NCBI GenBank assembly: GCA_027451705.1
Contig: DAIDIT010000119.1
Location: 2,012 to 66,011 of the forward strand
Reading direction: 5' to 3'
Source: Pseudomonadota bacterium
GTDB lineage: Bacteria > Myxococcota > Myxococcia > Myxococcales > JAKAPL01
DNA: 64,000 bases
The translations under genes were made by a program, and so were the position numbers. Below, one piece after another: positions 45,886 through 54,883 of the stretch. Within the stretch, counting starts at the first letter, position 1, and every line of letters starts with the position of its first letter. The notes below the pieces were generated by a model. The model saw only the letters and a list, made by a program, of their open reading frames with translations, did not search any database and was not told the origin of the DNA.

Positions 45886-47889
45886 TCACAGGTCCATCCT
45901 GAGCAGGCGGTCCTCGGCAGGTGCGCCTGCCAGCTTCAGTCGCATCCAGGGAGGGGTGAGGAAGCCGGCCGGTGGCTGCGTCGTCGTGGTGACGATGTAC
46001 TGGAAGCTCGGCTCGCCCTGGAAGCACTGCTCGAGCTGGCGCGCGTAGAGGAAGATCCTCTCGTAGATGTCCGGCGCCATGTCGGCCTCACGCGGCCCGT
46101 CGTGAACCAGAAATCGAGGGAAGCACCCGCGCCCCTGAACGCTCTCCGTCAGCGCAGCGAGATCGAACGACACCAGCTTCAGCGTGGCCAGTGCGGCGCT
46201 CTCTCTTTGGCCGTGATGCTCGACGATCAGATCGAGACCGCGCCCGGAACTCTCGACGCGGCCCTCCACCTCGTCCCCGAGAACAGCTCGGAGCGCGTAG
46301 TCGAATGTTGCCGAGAACTTTCCCAGAGCCTGGAGGGCGGCCTTTCGGAGCTCCTCCTGGCGCACGTAGGATGCGTCGATGTCTGTTGCGAGCTGGCTGA
46401 CGAGCCCTGCTTGCTTGGTCGATTGGACCCATGCGTTCTCGGCATCATCCACCAGGCGCTGGGCCTGTTGAAGTTGGGCCTGCTCGTCGAGCAGCCGTCC
46501 GCGGTGCTCGTCGTAGGCTGTCGCCGCCGCGAAGTAGCCCCGGCGCGCCGCTAGGGTCGCAGCCTCTGCGTCCTTCAGCGCCTGTTCCTTCTTGGCGACG
46601 GTTGCCTCGATGGCCCGGACGACCTCCCGCTGGGCCTCAAGCTCTTCGGCTGCGGTTCGCTCGCTACGCCGCTCGGCGAGATCCAAGGGTTGGGTCGATG
46701 CCAACGGGCACCCGCGCTCGCGCGCCAGCGCCATGGGGACGTTGCAGTAGTCGCGCGGCGGCGGCAGGCCGGCGAAGAGGTTGCTCTGGCTCTCTCCCTT
46801 GGCCTTCGAGGCGAGCTGCACGACGGTCGCGCTCTCCATCGCCAGGCGTGCCCGGGAGTCTTCGAGATCCCGCCGTGCAAGAGCCTCGACCCCGACGGCG
46901 CGCTCCAGTGCGCCTTGCAAGCTGGCCCGCTGGTCAGCACTGGCGAGCTCCGCCATTCGCTTCCCAAGCTCCTCTCGGCGACGGTTCATCTCGGTCCGAG
47001 CTTGCGAGCCGAACAGGCCCGATGACGGCGGCGCGACCTCCGACTGCAGGAGCCGCTGCACGCGTGCGTGATCGGTGGCCGCCTGATGAGCGAGAAGCGG
47101 CTCCCTCTGCGTTGCGCTCTTCTTGTCGGCGACTAGTGTGGCGTTGCGTTCCTGCTCCTCGCGTTCCTGCTCGGTGATCAGTCCGAGGACAGAGCGAACG
47201 AGGAACTGCCGCTCATCAACGATGAGTCCGGGGGCGTCCGAGCCGCTCGAGCTGTGCCGCCACTCCAGGAAGTCAGAAAAACGGCACTCCTGGTCGCGGG
47301 TCAGCCAGGGAAGAACGTGCGCCCAGCCTACGACGTCGTCGCGGGTCGGAAAGCGGCTTGCTGGAAGCCGAGCCGTGATGGCCCTGTCGATGGTATCGAG
47401 AAAGACTTGGAACTCGGAGCGGTCCGTCCTCGCGAGGAGATCATCAACGCCGCCGCCCTCGATGCAGCACGGGTGGCGCCCCATCCCGAACGGGCGCGCC
47501 ACGGTCCAGAGCTGCCGGTCGATGACGACTTCCGCGAGGACCCAGCCGGACGGCAGCTTCTCGCGGATGCGGCGACGCGTAGTCTCGCTCGCGAACGTGC
47601 CTTCCCCCAGCACATAACGCAGGAGCCGGCACAGCGTCGTCTTGCCAGCGGTGTGGCCCGCCATACCGCTGCGGAAGAGCGCGTTGCCGTTGCTCGAGGC
47701 TTCCGGTGGCGCCCAGACGATGTTCAGCCCGCGCCGCAGCTCGACATCCCGGACCACCTGCTCCTCGCCGGGCTGAAGATCGCGGAGCACCCGAAGGCGG
47801 CGCACCCAGAGCACGGGCTCAGCGCGATCGGCTGCTGGCCTCACGTGCTGCGGCGGATCGATGCCCTGCAACCGGAGCTGCATCGTCAT
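45886..47889 (-). CDS. coiled-coil ABC/SMC-like ATPase (DUF2326-like ends)
   Basis: The ATG at 47889 overlaps the methyltransferase stop (ATGA). Walker A is SGMAGHTAGKTTLCRLL. A long Ala/Glu/Gln/Arg-rich helical middle follows. C-terminal Walker-B-like CFPRFLVHDGPREADM. Confidence 0.7.
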   Translation of the reverse strand: MTMQLRLQGIDPPQHVRPAADRAEPVLWVRRLRVLRDLQPGEEQVVRDVELRRGLNIVWAPPEASSNGNALFRSGMAGHTAGKTTLCRLLRYVLGEGTFASETTRRRIREKLPSGWVLAEVVIDRQLWTVARPFGMGRHPCCIEGGGVDDLLARTDRSEFQVFLDTIDRAITARLPASRFPTRDDVVGWAHVLPWLTRDQECRFSDFLEWRHSSSGSDAPGLIVDERQFLVRSVLGLITEQEREEQERNATLVADKKSATQREPLLAHQAATDHARVQRLLQSEVAPPSSGLFGSQARTEMNRRREELGKRMAELASADQRASLQGALERAVGVEALARRDLEDSRARLAMESATVVQLASKAKGESQSNLFAGLPPPRDYCNVPMALARERGCPLASTQPLDLAERRSERTAAEELEAQREVVRAIEATVAKKEQALKDAEAATLAARRGYFAAATAYDEHRGRLLDEQAQLQQAQRLVDDAENAWVQSTKQAGLVSQLATDIDASYVRQEELRKAALQALGKFSATFDYALRAVLGDEVEGRVESSGRGLDLIVEHHGQRESAALATLKLVSFDLAALTESVQGRGCFPRFLVHDGPREADMAPDIYERIFLYARQLEQCFQGEPSFQYIVTTTTQPPAGFLTPPWMRLKLAGAPAEDRLLRMDL

Positions 47890-50800
47890 ACGACTCCTGC
47901 AGCGCGAGGCACAACGCGATCGGCGTCGGGGATGACCGAGTCCACCTCCTGCACGCGCGCGGCTGGGATGGCCGCGAGCACGCGCAGCGCGAGGCGTGCC
48001 TCGAAGCGAAACCATTCGTCGATCTGATCCTCGGGCGGCGTGTGGGCGCTTGCTGTGACAAGCGACGCGCCTGACGCGTCCGTCGTCAGCTTGAGACCAT
48101 CACGGCTGCCGAGAGTCCTGATTGACTCCGCCAGCGATCCGGCTCCGACGCTGCGGGCGGCGACGCGAGCTGACCAGGCGTTCGCCGGCGCCTGGAGTTC
48201 CGGCGGTGCGAGCCGCTTGAGGAGGGCGGGCTGACTTCGGAGGACAAATGCACGGGCGAGGTCCGTGCGCGGAATCGCTCCTCCGGCCGCGTGGAGCAGA
48301 GACCACACGCAGACCGCCGCCTCTTGTACGGGATCGAGCGATGGGATCGCCTGTGGCATCAGAGGCAGATCGATAGCCGAGACAGAGCCCTCGCGACGCT
48401 GCAGCGCTGTTTGAACCAATACGATCGGATCCCGAGGAGGAAGGTTCTCCAATACAGTCCGGCGCTCAGCCGCCGTGAGTTCGTACGCTTCCTCGATAAG
48501 TTGGTTCAGCGAGACCTCAAGCTCGACCCGCTTGGCGGCGTTCTCGGTCGTAGCCAGCGGGAGCAACTGGGCGACATGCTCCTCAATTGATTGGCGAAGC
48601 TGGGGAGCGATCTCTGCCGGAATCGGGAGCTCACCTAGCACCCCCCTGAAGCGGCGCGCATCGTCCTTGGCCGGTTGCGCGGTGTTGTAGAAGTACCACC
48701 ACATGAGCCGGCTGTTGAGCAAGGCGAGTGTGACGGGGTCACCGACAGGAATGAGGTACACCGTATCGCCGACGTGCAGCTCCCCCTGGTCGAGCGCGAA
48801 CTCCGAGCGCCATGCCATGTCGCCCACGACGATCTTCGGTCGAGTGAATGCATCGTAATAGTCACAGGAACGGAGTTCCCACCAAAACGTCCCCTGATCA
48901 GATCTCGCCCGCAGCGCACTCTCCTGCTGCTTCATGTGCTCATGGATCGCGGGGTAGTTGGCCGCGAACAGTCGCTCCGCCGCTATCTCACCGTCCGCGT
49001 TCGACCACGGCCATTTCCGATTCGCCGACGAGGCGAGAACCAGAATCCACTGCGCGCTGGCGTAGCAGGCCCAGCGCCCAATCTCCCGACCTCGCGCAAA
49101 GGGCTTGATGATCTCCTGCGAGGCGGGGTCCGACCCTACCAATCTGCTCTTCGTGGCTTCGTCGATGCAGTAGGCCTCATTCAGCCCGGTCTTGATCCCG
49201 AAGAGAGGAGGCCCTGCGACTGCCTGAAGCGGTCGACAGTCGCGCCGAAGGCGTTCCAGAAGTTCAACCATGGCAGCGTCCTGCAGCTGCCAGATAGCCT
49301 CCTGGAGTTGAGCATGAGTTATTCGGCGCACCGCCTCTCGCAGCAGGTTGGAGAGTGGTTGCACCTTGCGCACGGCATCCGGGGCATCGAGGCAGAGCAG
49401 CGGAGTCTGATCGTCGACGGTGCGGGCCGCGAGCTGGAAGGAGACGGCAGCAGGGAACGTGTCTGCGCCTGGAAACAACGTCTTCGAGTGACCGAAGTCG
49501 ACAAGCAGGAGCACCTGAGCACGCTCGCGAAGGAGCTTGCGGAGGCTCAGTCCGTAGTCCGCCCGGAACCACTTGTTGGGCGTCAGAAGTCCGGCCGTCC
49601 CCCCGATCCGAGCCACTCGGGTGGCTACCTCCAGGAAGAACACGGAAAGATCGGCGCTGCTCTTAAAAGAGCTATAGGTGGCGAGGACCGGCTTGATATC
49701 GACGAACTCCTCCTGGCGGATCCACGGCGGGTTACCGAGAATTGTGTCGAAGCCGCTTGTCCATCCCGACCACGGTGCTCCGCGATGGGAGCCCTCACCG
49801 CTCGGTGAGAAGACCTGCGGAAAAGACAAGTGCCAGTGGAAGAAGCGATGCTTCTTTGCGAGATCGCGTACAGTGCGCCGCGTTGTCGGGGGCACGTCCG
49901 TCGGATCGTGGAGCAATTTCCTCCAAGCTCCCTCGGTGATCGCGGAGTCTTCAAGTTCGCCCGGCTGCTTGGGCCACAGAAATGCGGCGCACCAGGCATC
50001 GGCCTTGGACCAGGCATCCTTGTACTCGGAGGATCGCGTCAACCGCTCCCAGTCCTCAGCCTTCCGCCGCACCGCGGCGATGTCGCTGTCCGGCTCGGCG
50101 TCGATGGTGGTGGCCTGCGCTGCCAGGGCGGCTTCATCCCCGCCAGGTCGGCCAGCGAACATGGCCAACATGCTCGTCTGGCCTTCACGTTCGTCCTTGT
50201 TCCGCTTCTTGAGGCGCTTCGCGACGTCCTTGTGGTCGCCTGCGATCGGCTTGAACGCGTCGTCGGGAATCCCGCGCGTCATCAGTGCCGGAGTGGCTCC
50301 AAGGAGGGCGTTGCCGCACTGGATGTGGCTGTCGAGAAACGACAGCGGTCGGCCCGGCTCGATAGCTTCTATCCAGAGGCTCACCTTGCAGAGCTCAACG
50401 GCCATCGGGTTCACGTCCACGCCGTAGACACATCGTCCGACGACGTCGCGTAGCGCGCGCTGAACTTCGCGCGGGCTCGGCTCATCCTCGCCGGCACGGA
50501 CTGCGGCGAGCCGCTTGGCAATGCGGCGCGCGGCAGCGACGAGGAAGTGCCCCGACCCACAGGCCGGATCGCAGACCTTCAGATCGAGGATGGCCGCCTC
50601 GGGGTCAAGCTTCCTGCACGCCTCGTCCAGGACGGGAACGAGCGCCGAATCGAGGAGGCAGTCCACGAGCTCGGTGGGGGTGTAGTAGCTCCCCGTCAGC
50701 TTGCGCTCGTGACCCGGCGCGGTCTCGAGCACGAACGTGGCAGCTTCCTTGTTGATGCTCGGGTGCAACTCGAGCAGGCCCTCGTAGATGCTCCCGAGTT

Positions 50801-52046
50801 CTTCGGCGCCGACGTTGCGCCAGTTCACCGGGTAACGGGTCCGGCCCTCCTCGATGTTGGAGATGTGCCGGACCGCATCGAGCAGGTGCTCGTTGGGGCA
50901 CTCAGCCCCCATCAGTGCGGGGCACGCCGTTGGCCCCCACAGGCGGCTGCCGAGAGCTGGCAGCGCGAGCTCGGGGCACCCGTTGTCGAGCTTCGACATC
51001 ACGAGCCGCAGCCCCTGCCAGAGGTCGCTGTGCGGACCGCCGCGGCGCTTATCGGACAGCTCGCGCAGTCGACGAGTCGCGTAGAAACGCAAATAGCGGG
51101 CCTTCGCGGCTTCGTCGGCCTTGGGATCGAGAAGCGCCTCCCGTTCCTCTGCGACGAAGAGGAAGATCAGCCGGTACACGAGCCGGAGGATCTGGCGATA
51201 GTAGTCCTGCTTGTCGAGCTCACCCTTCTCGAGCGCGTCGTGCAGCTTCGAGTTCGCACGATGCGCGAGGAAGCCGGTGCCGAACGCCTCGATGGCGGCC
51301 CTCGCGCCGGCGAACATCTTCTCGAGGGCGCTGATGCCCTGCTTGCGCGAGGTCTCGAACCACTGCTCGAGCCAGCAGTCATCGGGCTTCTCGGCCTCGA
51401 CGCGGCTCTGGTGGCACACCATCCAGAGCAGGAGGAACTCGCTGTACTGCTCGCCCTCCATGATCGACTGGAGGTCGAACTCGACGTAGGCCTGCCGGGT
51501 CAGACTGTGGTGGTCGCGCAGGAGGCGAAGCTGGAGACCGTTCGAGACGAAGCCCCAGAGGTGGTGCTCCGAGCGGTTGAGGAACTCCTGCACGAGGCCA
51601 TGCGGCGAAGCCTTCGCGGCTCCGGACACTCCGGCCTGCCGGCGGTCGAGATCCACCCCGACGCCGAGCAGGTGGATCGGCGAGAAGTGCCACATGTGTG
51701 AGACCGCGTAACTCTTGCCTTCGACCTCGATGGCCTGGCCCTTCGGCAGGCGGCCGTACCCCAGCTCCTGGAACAGCGGCAACAGCCACCGGTCGCGGGT
51801 GAGGCCCGTCGCCTTGACGGCATCAGGCTCCTTGGCGAGTGCCTCCTGAAAGGCCCGCCACGCGCCCGTCACCCGGCTCCAGGCGCGGTTGACGGCCTCG
51901 CCGATCCGCTCGTGCGGGCCGAGGTGGTAACTCTCCGGCGTCAGCCCTGGCAGGTCCTTGTCGCCCGCCTGGATGCGCGAGAGGACGTCCTGGGGCAGCA
52001 GCCCCCCCTCGGTGCGCACGCTGCTGAACTGGAAGCCGCGGCTCAT
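47886..52046 (-). CDS. very large N6-adenine DNA methyltransferase (type IIG/DrmMI-like), second copy
   Basis: The ATG at 52046 (MSRGFQFSSVRTEGGLLPQDVL) overlaps the SNF2 stop. Motif I is KVCDPACGSGHFLVAAARR and motif IV is ILGNPPWIRQEEF. The N-domain has GFVSNGLQLRLLRD. Confidence 0.8.
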   Translation of the reverse strand: MSRGFQFSSVRTEGGLLPQDVLSRIQAGDKDLPGLTPESYHLGPHERIGEAVNRAWSRVTGAWRAFQEALAKEPDAVKATGLTRDRWLLPLFQELGYGRLPKGQAIEVEGKSYAVSHMWHFSPIHLLGVGVDLDRRQAGVSGAAKASPHGLVQEFLNRSEHHLWGFVSNGLQLRLLRDHHSLTRQAYVEFDLQSIMEGEQYSEFLLLWMVCHQSRVEAEKPDDCWLEQWFETSRKQGISALEKMFAGARAAIEAFGTGFLAHRANSKLHDALEKGELDKQDYYRQILRLVYRLIFLFVAEEREALLDPKADEAAKARYLRFYATRRLRELSDKRRGGPHSDLWQGLRLVMSKLDNGCPELALPALGSRLWGPTACPALMGAECPNEHLLDAVRHISNIEEGRTRYPVNWRNVGAEELGSIYEGLLELHPSINKEAATFVLETAPGHERKLTGSYYTPTELVDCLLDSALVPVLDEACRKLDPEAAILDLKVCDPACGSGHFLVAAARRIAKRLAAVRAGEDEPSPREVQRALRDVVGRCVYGVDVNPMAVELCKVSLWIEAIEPGRPLSFLDSHIQCGNALLGATPALMTRGIPDDAFKPIAGDHKDVAKRLKKRNKDEREGQTSMLAMFAGRPGGDEAALAAQATTIDAEPDSDIAAVRRKAEDWERLTRSSEYKDAWSKADAWCAAFLWPKQPGELEDSAITEGAWRKLLHDPTDVPPTTRRTVRDLAKKHRFFHWHLSFPQVFSPSGEGSHRGAPWSGWTSGFDTILGNPPWIRQEEFVDIKPVLATYSSFKSSADLSVFFLEVATRVARIGGTAGLLTPNKWFRADYGLSLRKLLRERAQVLLLVDFGHSKTLFPGADTFPAAVSFQLAARTVDDQTPLLCLDAPDAVRKVQPLSNLLREAVRRITHAQLQEAIWQLQDAAMVELLERLRRDCRPLQAVAGPPLFGIKTGLNEAYCIDEATKSRLVGSDPASQEIIKPFARGREIGRWACYASAQWILVLASSANRKWPWSNADGEIAAERLFAANYPAIHEHMKQQESALRARSDQGTFWWELRSCDYYDAFTRPKIVVGDMAWRSEFALDQGELHVGDTVYLIPVGDPVTLALLNSRLMWWYFYNTAQPAKDDARRFRGVLGELPIPAEIAPQLRQSIEEHVAQLLPLATTENAAKRVELEVSLNQLIEEAYELTAAERRTVLENLPPRDPIVLVQTALQRREGSVSAIDLPLMPQAIPSLDPVQEAAVCVWSLLHAAGGAIPRTDLARAFVLRSQPALLKRLAPPELQAPANAWSARVAARSVGAGSLAESIRTLGSRDGLKLTTDASGASLVTASAHTPPEDQIDEWFRFEARLALRVLAAIPAARVQEVDSVIPDADRVVPRAAGVV

Positions 52047-54883
52047 GCCCCGCCTCCCGCTGAGACGGGGAGGTAGACGTAAACGCCGAGAACATCGGCG
52101 GGCTTGTAGACGTCCACCTTCAGCGCGCGCACGCCGCTGTGCGTTGCCTTGCGGACACGGCGGTGCGCATCGAGGAGAGCCTGGCCACGCTCGTCGGCGA
52201 TCTGATCGAGGCGCGGCAGCAGGTCCCCGAACCGCTCCAGCACCCGGCGGACGTGCGTCTGCGCCTGGTCCGCGCCGATGTTCGTGTCTGCGTCCACGTC
52301 GAGGAGCGGTTCGACGCTCTCGGGCGCCAGCCACTCGGCGCGCTCCGGGCTGCCAGTGAATCCGGCGAGCACAAGATCCTCAGCGAGCAGTGGCCGCTCC
52401 ACACCATCCCGACCGAGGTTGACGATGTGGAAGCGCATGCGGAGGAGCAGTAGCGTCGTGCGCCGTTCGACGGCGCGGGTCCGCACGACGCCGCACCGCC
52501 GTCCTGGCCCGACGAGCTCCCCGTCAAGTGCGGTCTCCAGGACATGCGCGGAGAGCCCCTCCACGACCGGGTGCGTGCGCGTGAGCAGGAGGCTGCCCTT
52601 GCGCGGTTGGCCCGAGAAGATCGCGCTGATCCGGTCGTCGTATCCAAGAGCGTCTTTGAGCGCGCGCGGGGTCTCTCGCAGATCGACGGCCATCGGTTCG
52701 TCCCCCGAGACGACCGCCCCGAGTGTGCGGAGAGCGGTTCGCGTGAACCGGCGGACGTCGGCTTCAGCGCCGATCGCGCGGCGGACCTCGTCCAGCTCGG
52801 CGCGTACCTCTGTGTTCACCGCCTTCAGGAGCTGGTTCTGGGCGAACAGCGTTCGGCTCCGCTTCTCCCGGTCGACCGCCGCGTCCCACTCGACATCAAC
52901 GGCACGGTGGAGCGGCTCGAGGAACTCGAAGGAGGTCTGCGTCGTGCTCTTCTGCTCGCGGAGCAGGAGCCCCTCGAGGATCGCGTCCTCGATGATCTTG
53001 GTCTCCATCGGGACGGGGACGATCACCCCGAGCTGCTTGTGAATGGCCTTGTGCTTGCGCAGGAGGACCTGCAGCACGATGCCGTCGACCGGATTGTCCT
53101 GCCCGTAGTAGGTGAGTGTCCTGACACCCTTCGGGCTTGGCTGGCCATAACGGTCGACGCGGCCTTCTCGCTGCTCGTGGCGGGTCGGGTTCCACGAGAG
53201 GTCGTAATGCATCACGGCGTCGAAGTTGTGCTGCAGGTTGATGCCCTCGCTGAGGCAATCCGTGCAGACGAGCACGCGCTTGTCGTGCGCACCCAAGGCC
53301 TCGACCCGACGCTCGCGTTCCTCGGGCGGAAGCAGGCCCGTGATGGCCTCGATCACCACGCCTTTGCGCTCGAGCCTCTCGCGCAGGAACGCCGCGACGT
53401 ACTCGACGGTCGGGATGAACCGGCAGAAGAGGATGGGCGAGAACCCGTCCCGCAGGAACTCCTCCACGAGCTCGAAGGCGCGTTGGAGCTTTGCATCAGC
53501 CTTGCCGGCGAGCGCGTCTGCTTCGCGCGCGAGCCGCAGCAGGCGTTCGCGGTCACCTGCATTCTCTTCACCGGTCTCGGTGCCGGGGATGAGGTCGATC
53601 CCCTCCGCGTTCTCCTCGTCGAGATCGAGCACGGCGCGCCCGCCTTCTTCGTCTACCTGCTCGACGGTCTCACCGTCGGCGGTCGCGGACCGGCTGCGCA
53701 AGGTTGCTGCCGCTGCGGCCGGGCTCGATGCAAGGGACCGAAGGAGAGCGAGCGCCGACCACCAGCGGACTCGCTGTCTGCGCTTCTCGAGCGTCTCGTC
53801 GAGGACGCTCTCACGGCAGAAGGCGAGTACGCGGTCGAGGAAGCGGCGGTAGTCCGGCGTCAGCGTGTAATGCTTCTCGGCGATCTCGCGCTTTGGGAAC
53901 GGGGTCACCGTGTCGAGGTACGCCTCGAGGTCGACTCGACGTCGCTGCACGAAGTGACGCGCGAGATCCTCGCGACGCTTGCGGTTGCCGTCTCCGGAGA
54001 GGTCGGTCGGCAGGTCGGCGAAGCGTCGGTCGAGGAGAGACAGCAACGATCGGAAGGTCTCCTCGTTTCCGCTGTGCGGGGTGGCCGTGACCAGGATGAG
54101 GTGACGCGACGCTCCCTTCTCTCGGTTCGGGGCGACCAGTTCGCGGAGAAGCTCATGCCGCTGCTGGCTCGCGCTGCGCCCCGGCGCGGCCGCGCACGTG
54201 TGCGCCTCGTCCACGATCACCAAGTCTGGGCAGGTACGGAGGAACTCGTCTCGACGTTTGTCGCTTTTGATGTAGTCCGTCGAGACGACGGTGAACGCGT
54301 AGCGCTCGAACAGCGACTCGTCTTGTCGACACGTTCGCTCGAGGCGTGCCGCCGTCGCCGAGAGCACGAGCTCTGCGCGGATGTGAAACTGCTCGGCTAG
54401 GGCCTTCTGCCATTGCTCAGCCAGGTGCGGTGGGCAGAGCACCGCAAGCCCGGCGACCTCGCCACGGTCGATGAGCTCACGCGCGACGAGGCACGCCTCG
54501 ACGGTCTTCCCGATGCCAACGTCGTCCGCGATGAGCATGCGGACCGGGTCCAGCTTGAGGGCCATCAGGAGGGGAACGAGCTGGTACGGGCGCGGCTCGA
54601 CGGCGACGCGCGCCAGCGACCTGAAGGGGCCGGCGCCCGATCGGAAACCCAGGCGAACGGCGTCGCGCAGGAGCCCGCACGACAGGTGGTTGCCCATGTC
54701 GGCGGAGGGGTCAGGAAGCTCGAAGTTGGCCGGCTCTACCTTCTCGAGCGGTACGTAGATGCCCGTGACCTCGTCATCGGTTCCTCCGAGGGGTCGGAGC
54801 AACAAGAGCTCGGCGCTGCTCTCGGGAAGGACAACCCAGTCCCGCCCTCGCGCCGTCACCAGCGCACCGACGTCGAAGCTCAT
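52043..54883 (-). CDS. SNF2-family helicase (DrmD-like), second copy
   Basis: Motifs DDVGIGKTVEACLVAREL, VIVDEAHTCA, LVTATPHSGN and DCLSEGINLQ...WNPTRHEQREGRVDRYGQ. Confidence 0.8.
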   Translation of the reverse strand: MSFDVGALVTARGRDWVVLPESSAELLLLRPLGGTDDEVTGIYVPLEKVEPANFELPDPSADMGNHLSCGLLRDAVRLGFRSGAGPFRSLARVAVEPRPYQLVPLLMALKLDPVRMLIADDVGIGKTVEACLVARELIDRGEVAGLAVLCPPHLAEQWQKALAEQFHIRAELVLSATAARLERTCRQDESLFERYAFTVVSTDYIKSDKRRDEFLRTCPDLVIVDEAHTCAAAPGRSASQQRHELLRELVAPNREKGASRHLILVTATPHSGNEETFRSLLSLLDRRFADLPTDLSGDGNRKRREDLARHFVQRRRVDLEAYLDTVTPFPKREIAEKHYTLTPDYRRFLDRVLAFCRESVLDETLEKRRQRVRWWSALALLRSLASSPAAAAATLRSRSATADGETVEQVDEEGGRAVLDLDEENAEGIDLIPGTETGEENAGDRERLLRLAREADALAGKADAKLQRAFELVEEFLRDGFSPILFCRFIPTVEYVAAFLRERLERKGVVIEAITGLLPPEERERRVEALGAHDKRVLVCTDCLSEGINLQHNFDAVMHYDLSWNPTRHEQREGRVDRYGQPSPKGVRTLTYYGQDNPVDGIVLQVLLRKHKAIHKQLGVIVPVPMETKIIEDAILEGLLLREQKSTTQTSFEFLEPLHRAVDVEWDAAVDREKRSRTLFAQNQLLKAVNTEVRAELDEVRRAIGAEADVRRFTRTALRTLGAVVSGDEPMAVDLRETPRALKDALGYDDRISAIFSGQPRKGSLLLTRTHPVVEGLSAHVLETALDGELVGPGRRCGVVRTRAVERRTTLLLLRMRFHIVNLGRDGVERPLLAEDLVLAGFTGSPERAEWLAPESVEPLLDVDADTNIGADQAQTHVRRVLERFGDLLPRLDQIADERGQALLDAHRRVRKATHSGVRALKVDVYKPADVLGVYVYLPVSAGGGA

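Noticed and set aside
47886-52046. BREX (PglX-like methyltransferase) assignment for either large methyltransferase locus.
   Set aside because: I saw no PglZ-like, BrxC-like or BrxL-like ORFs anywhere in the window. The partners are SNF2 and helicase-DUF1998 proteins, which fits DISARM-like content better.
52047-52334. Upstream extension of the second methyltransferase ORF (track start 52334).
   Set aside because: It overlaps the 3' end of the SNF2 gene and has shadow composition. The ATG at 52046 forms an ATGA overlap with the SNF2 stop and begins a plausible N-terminus.
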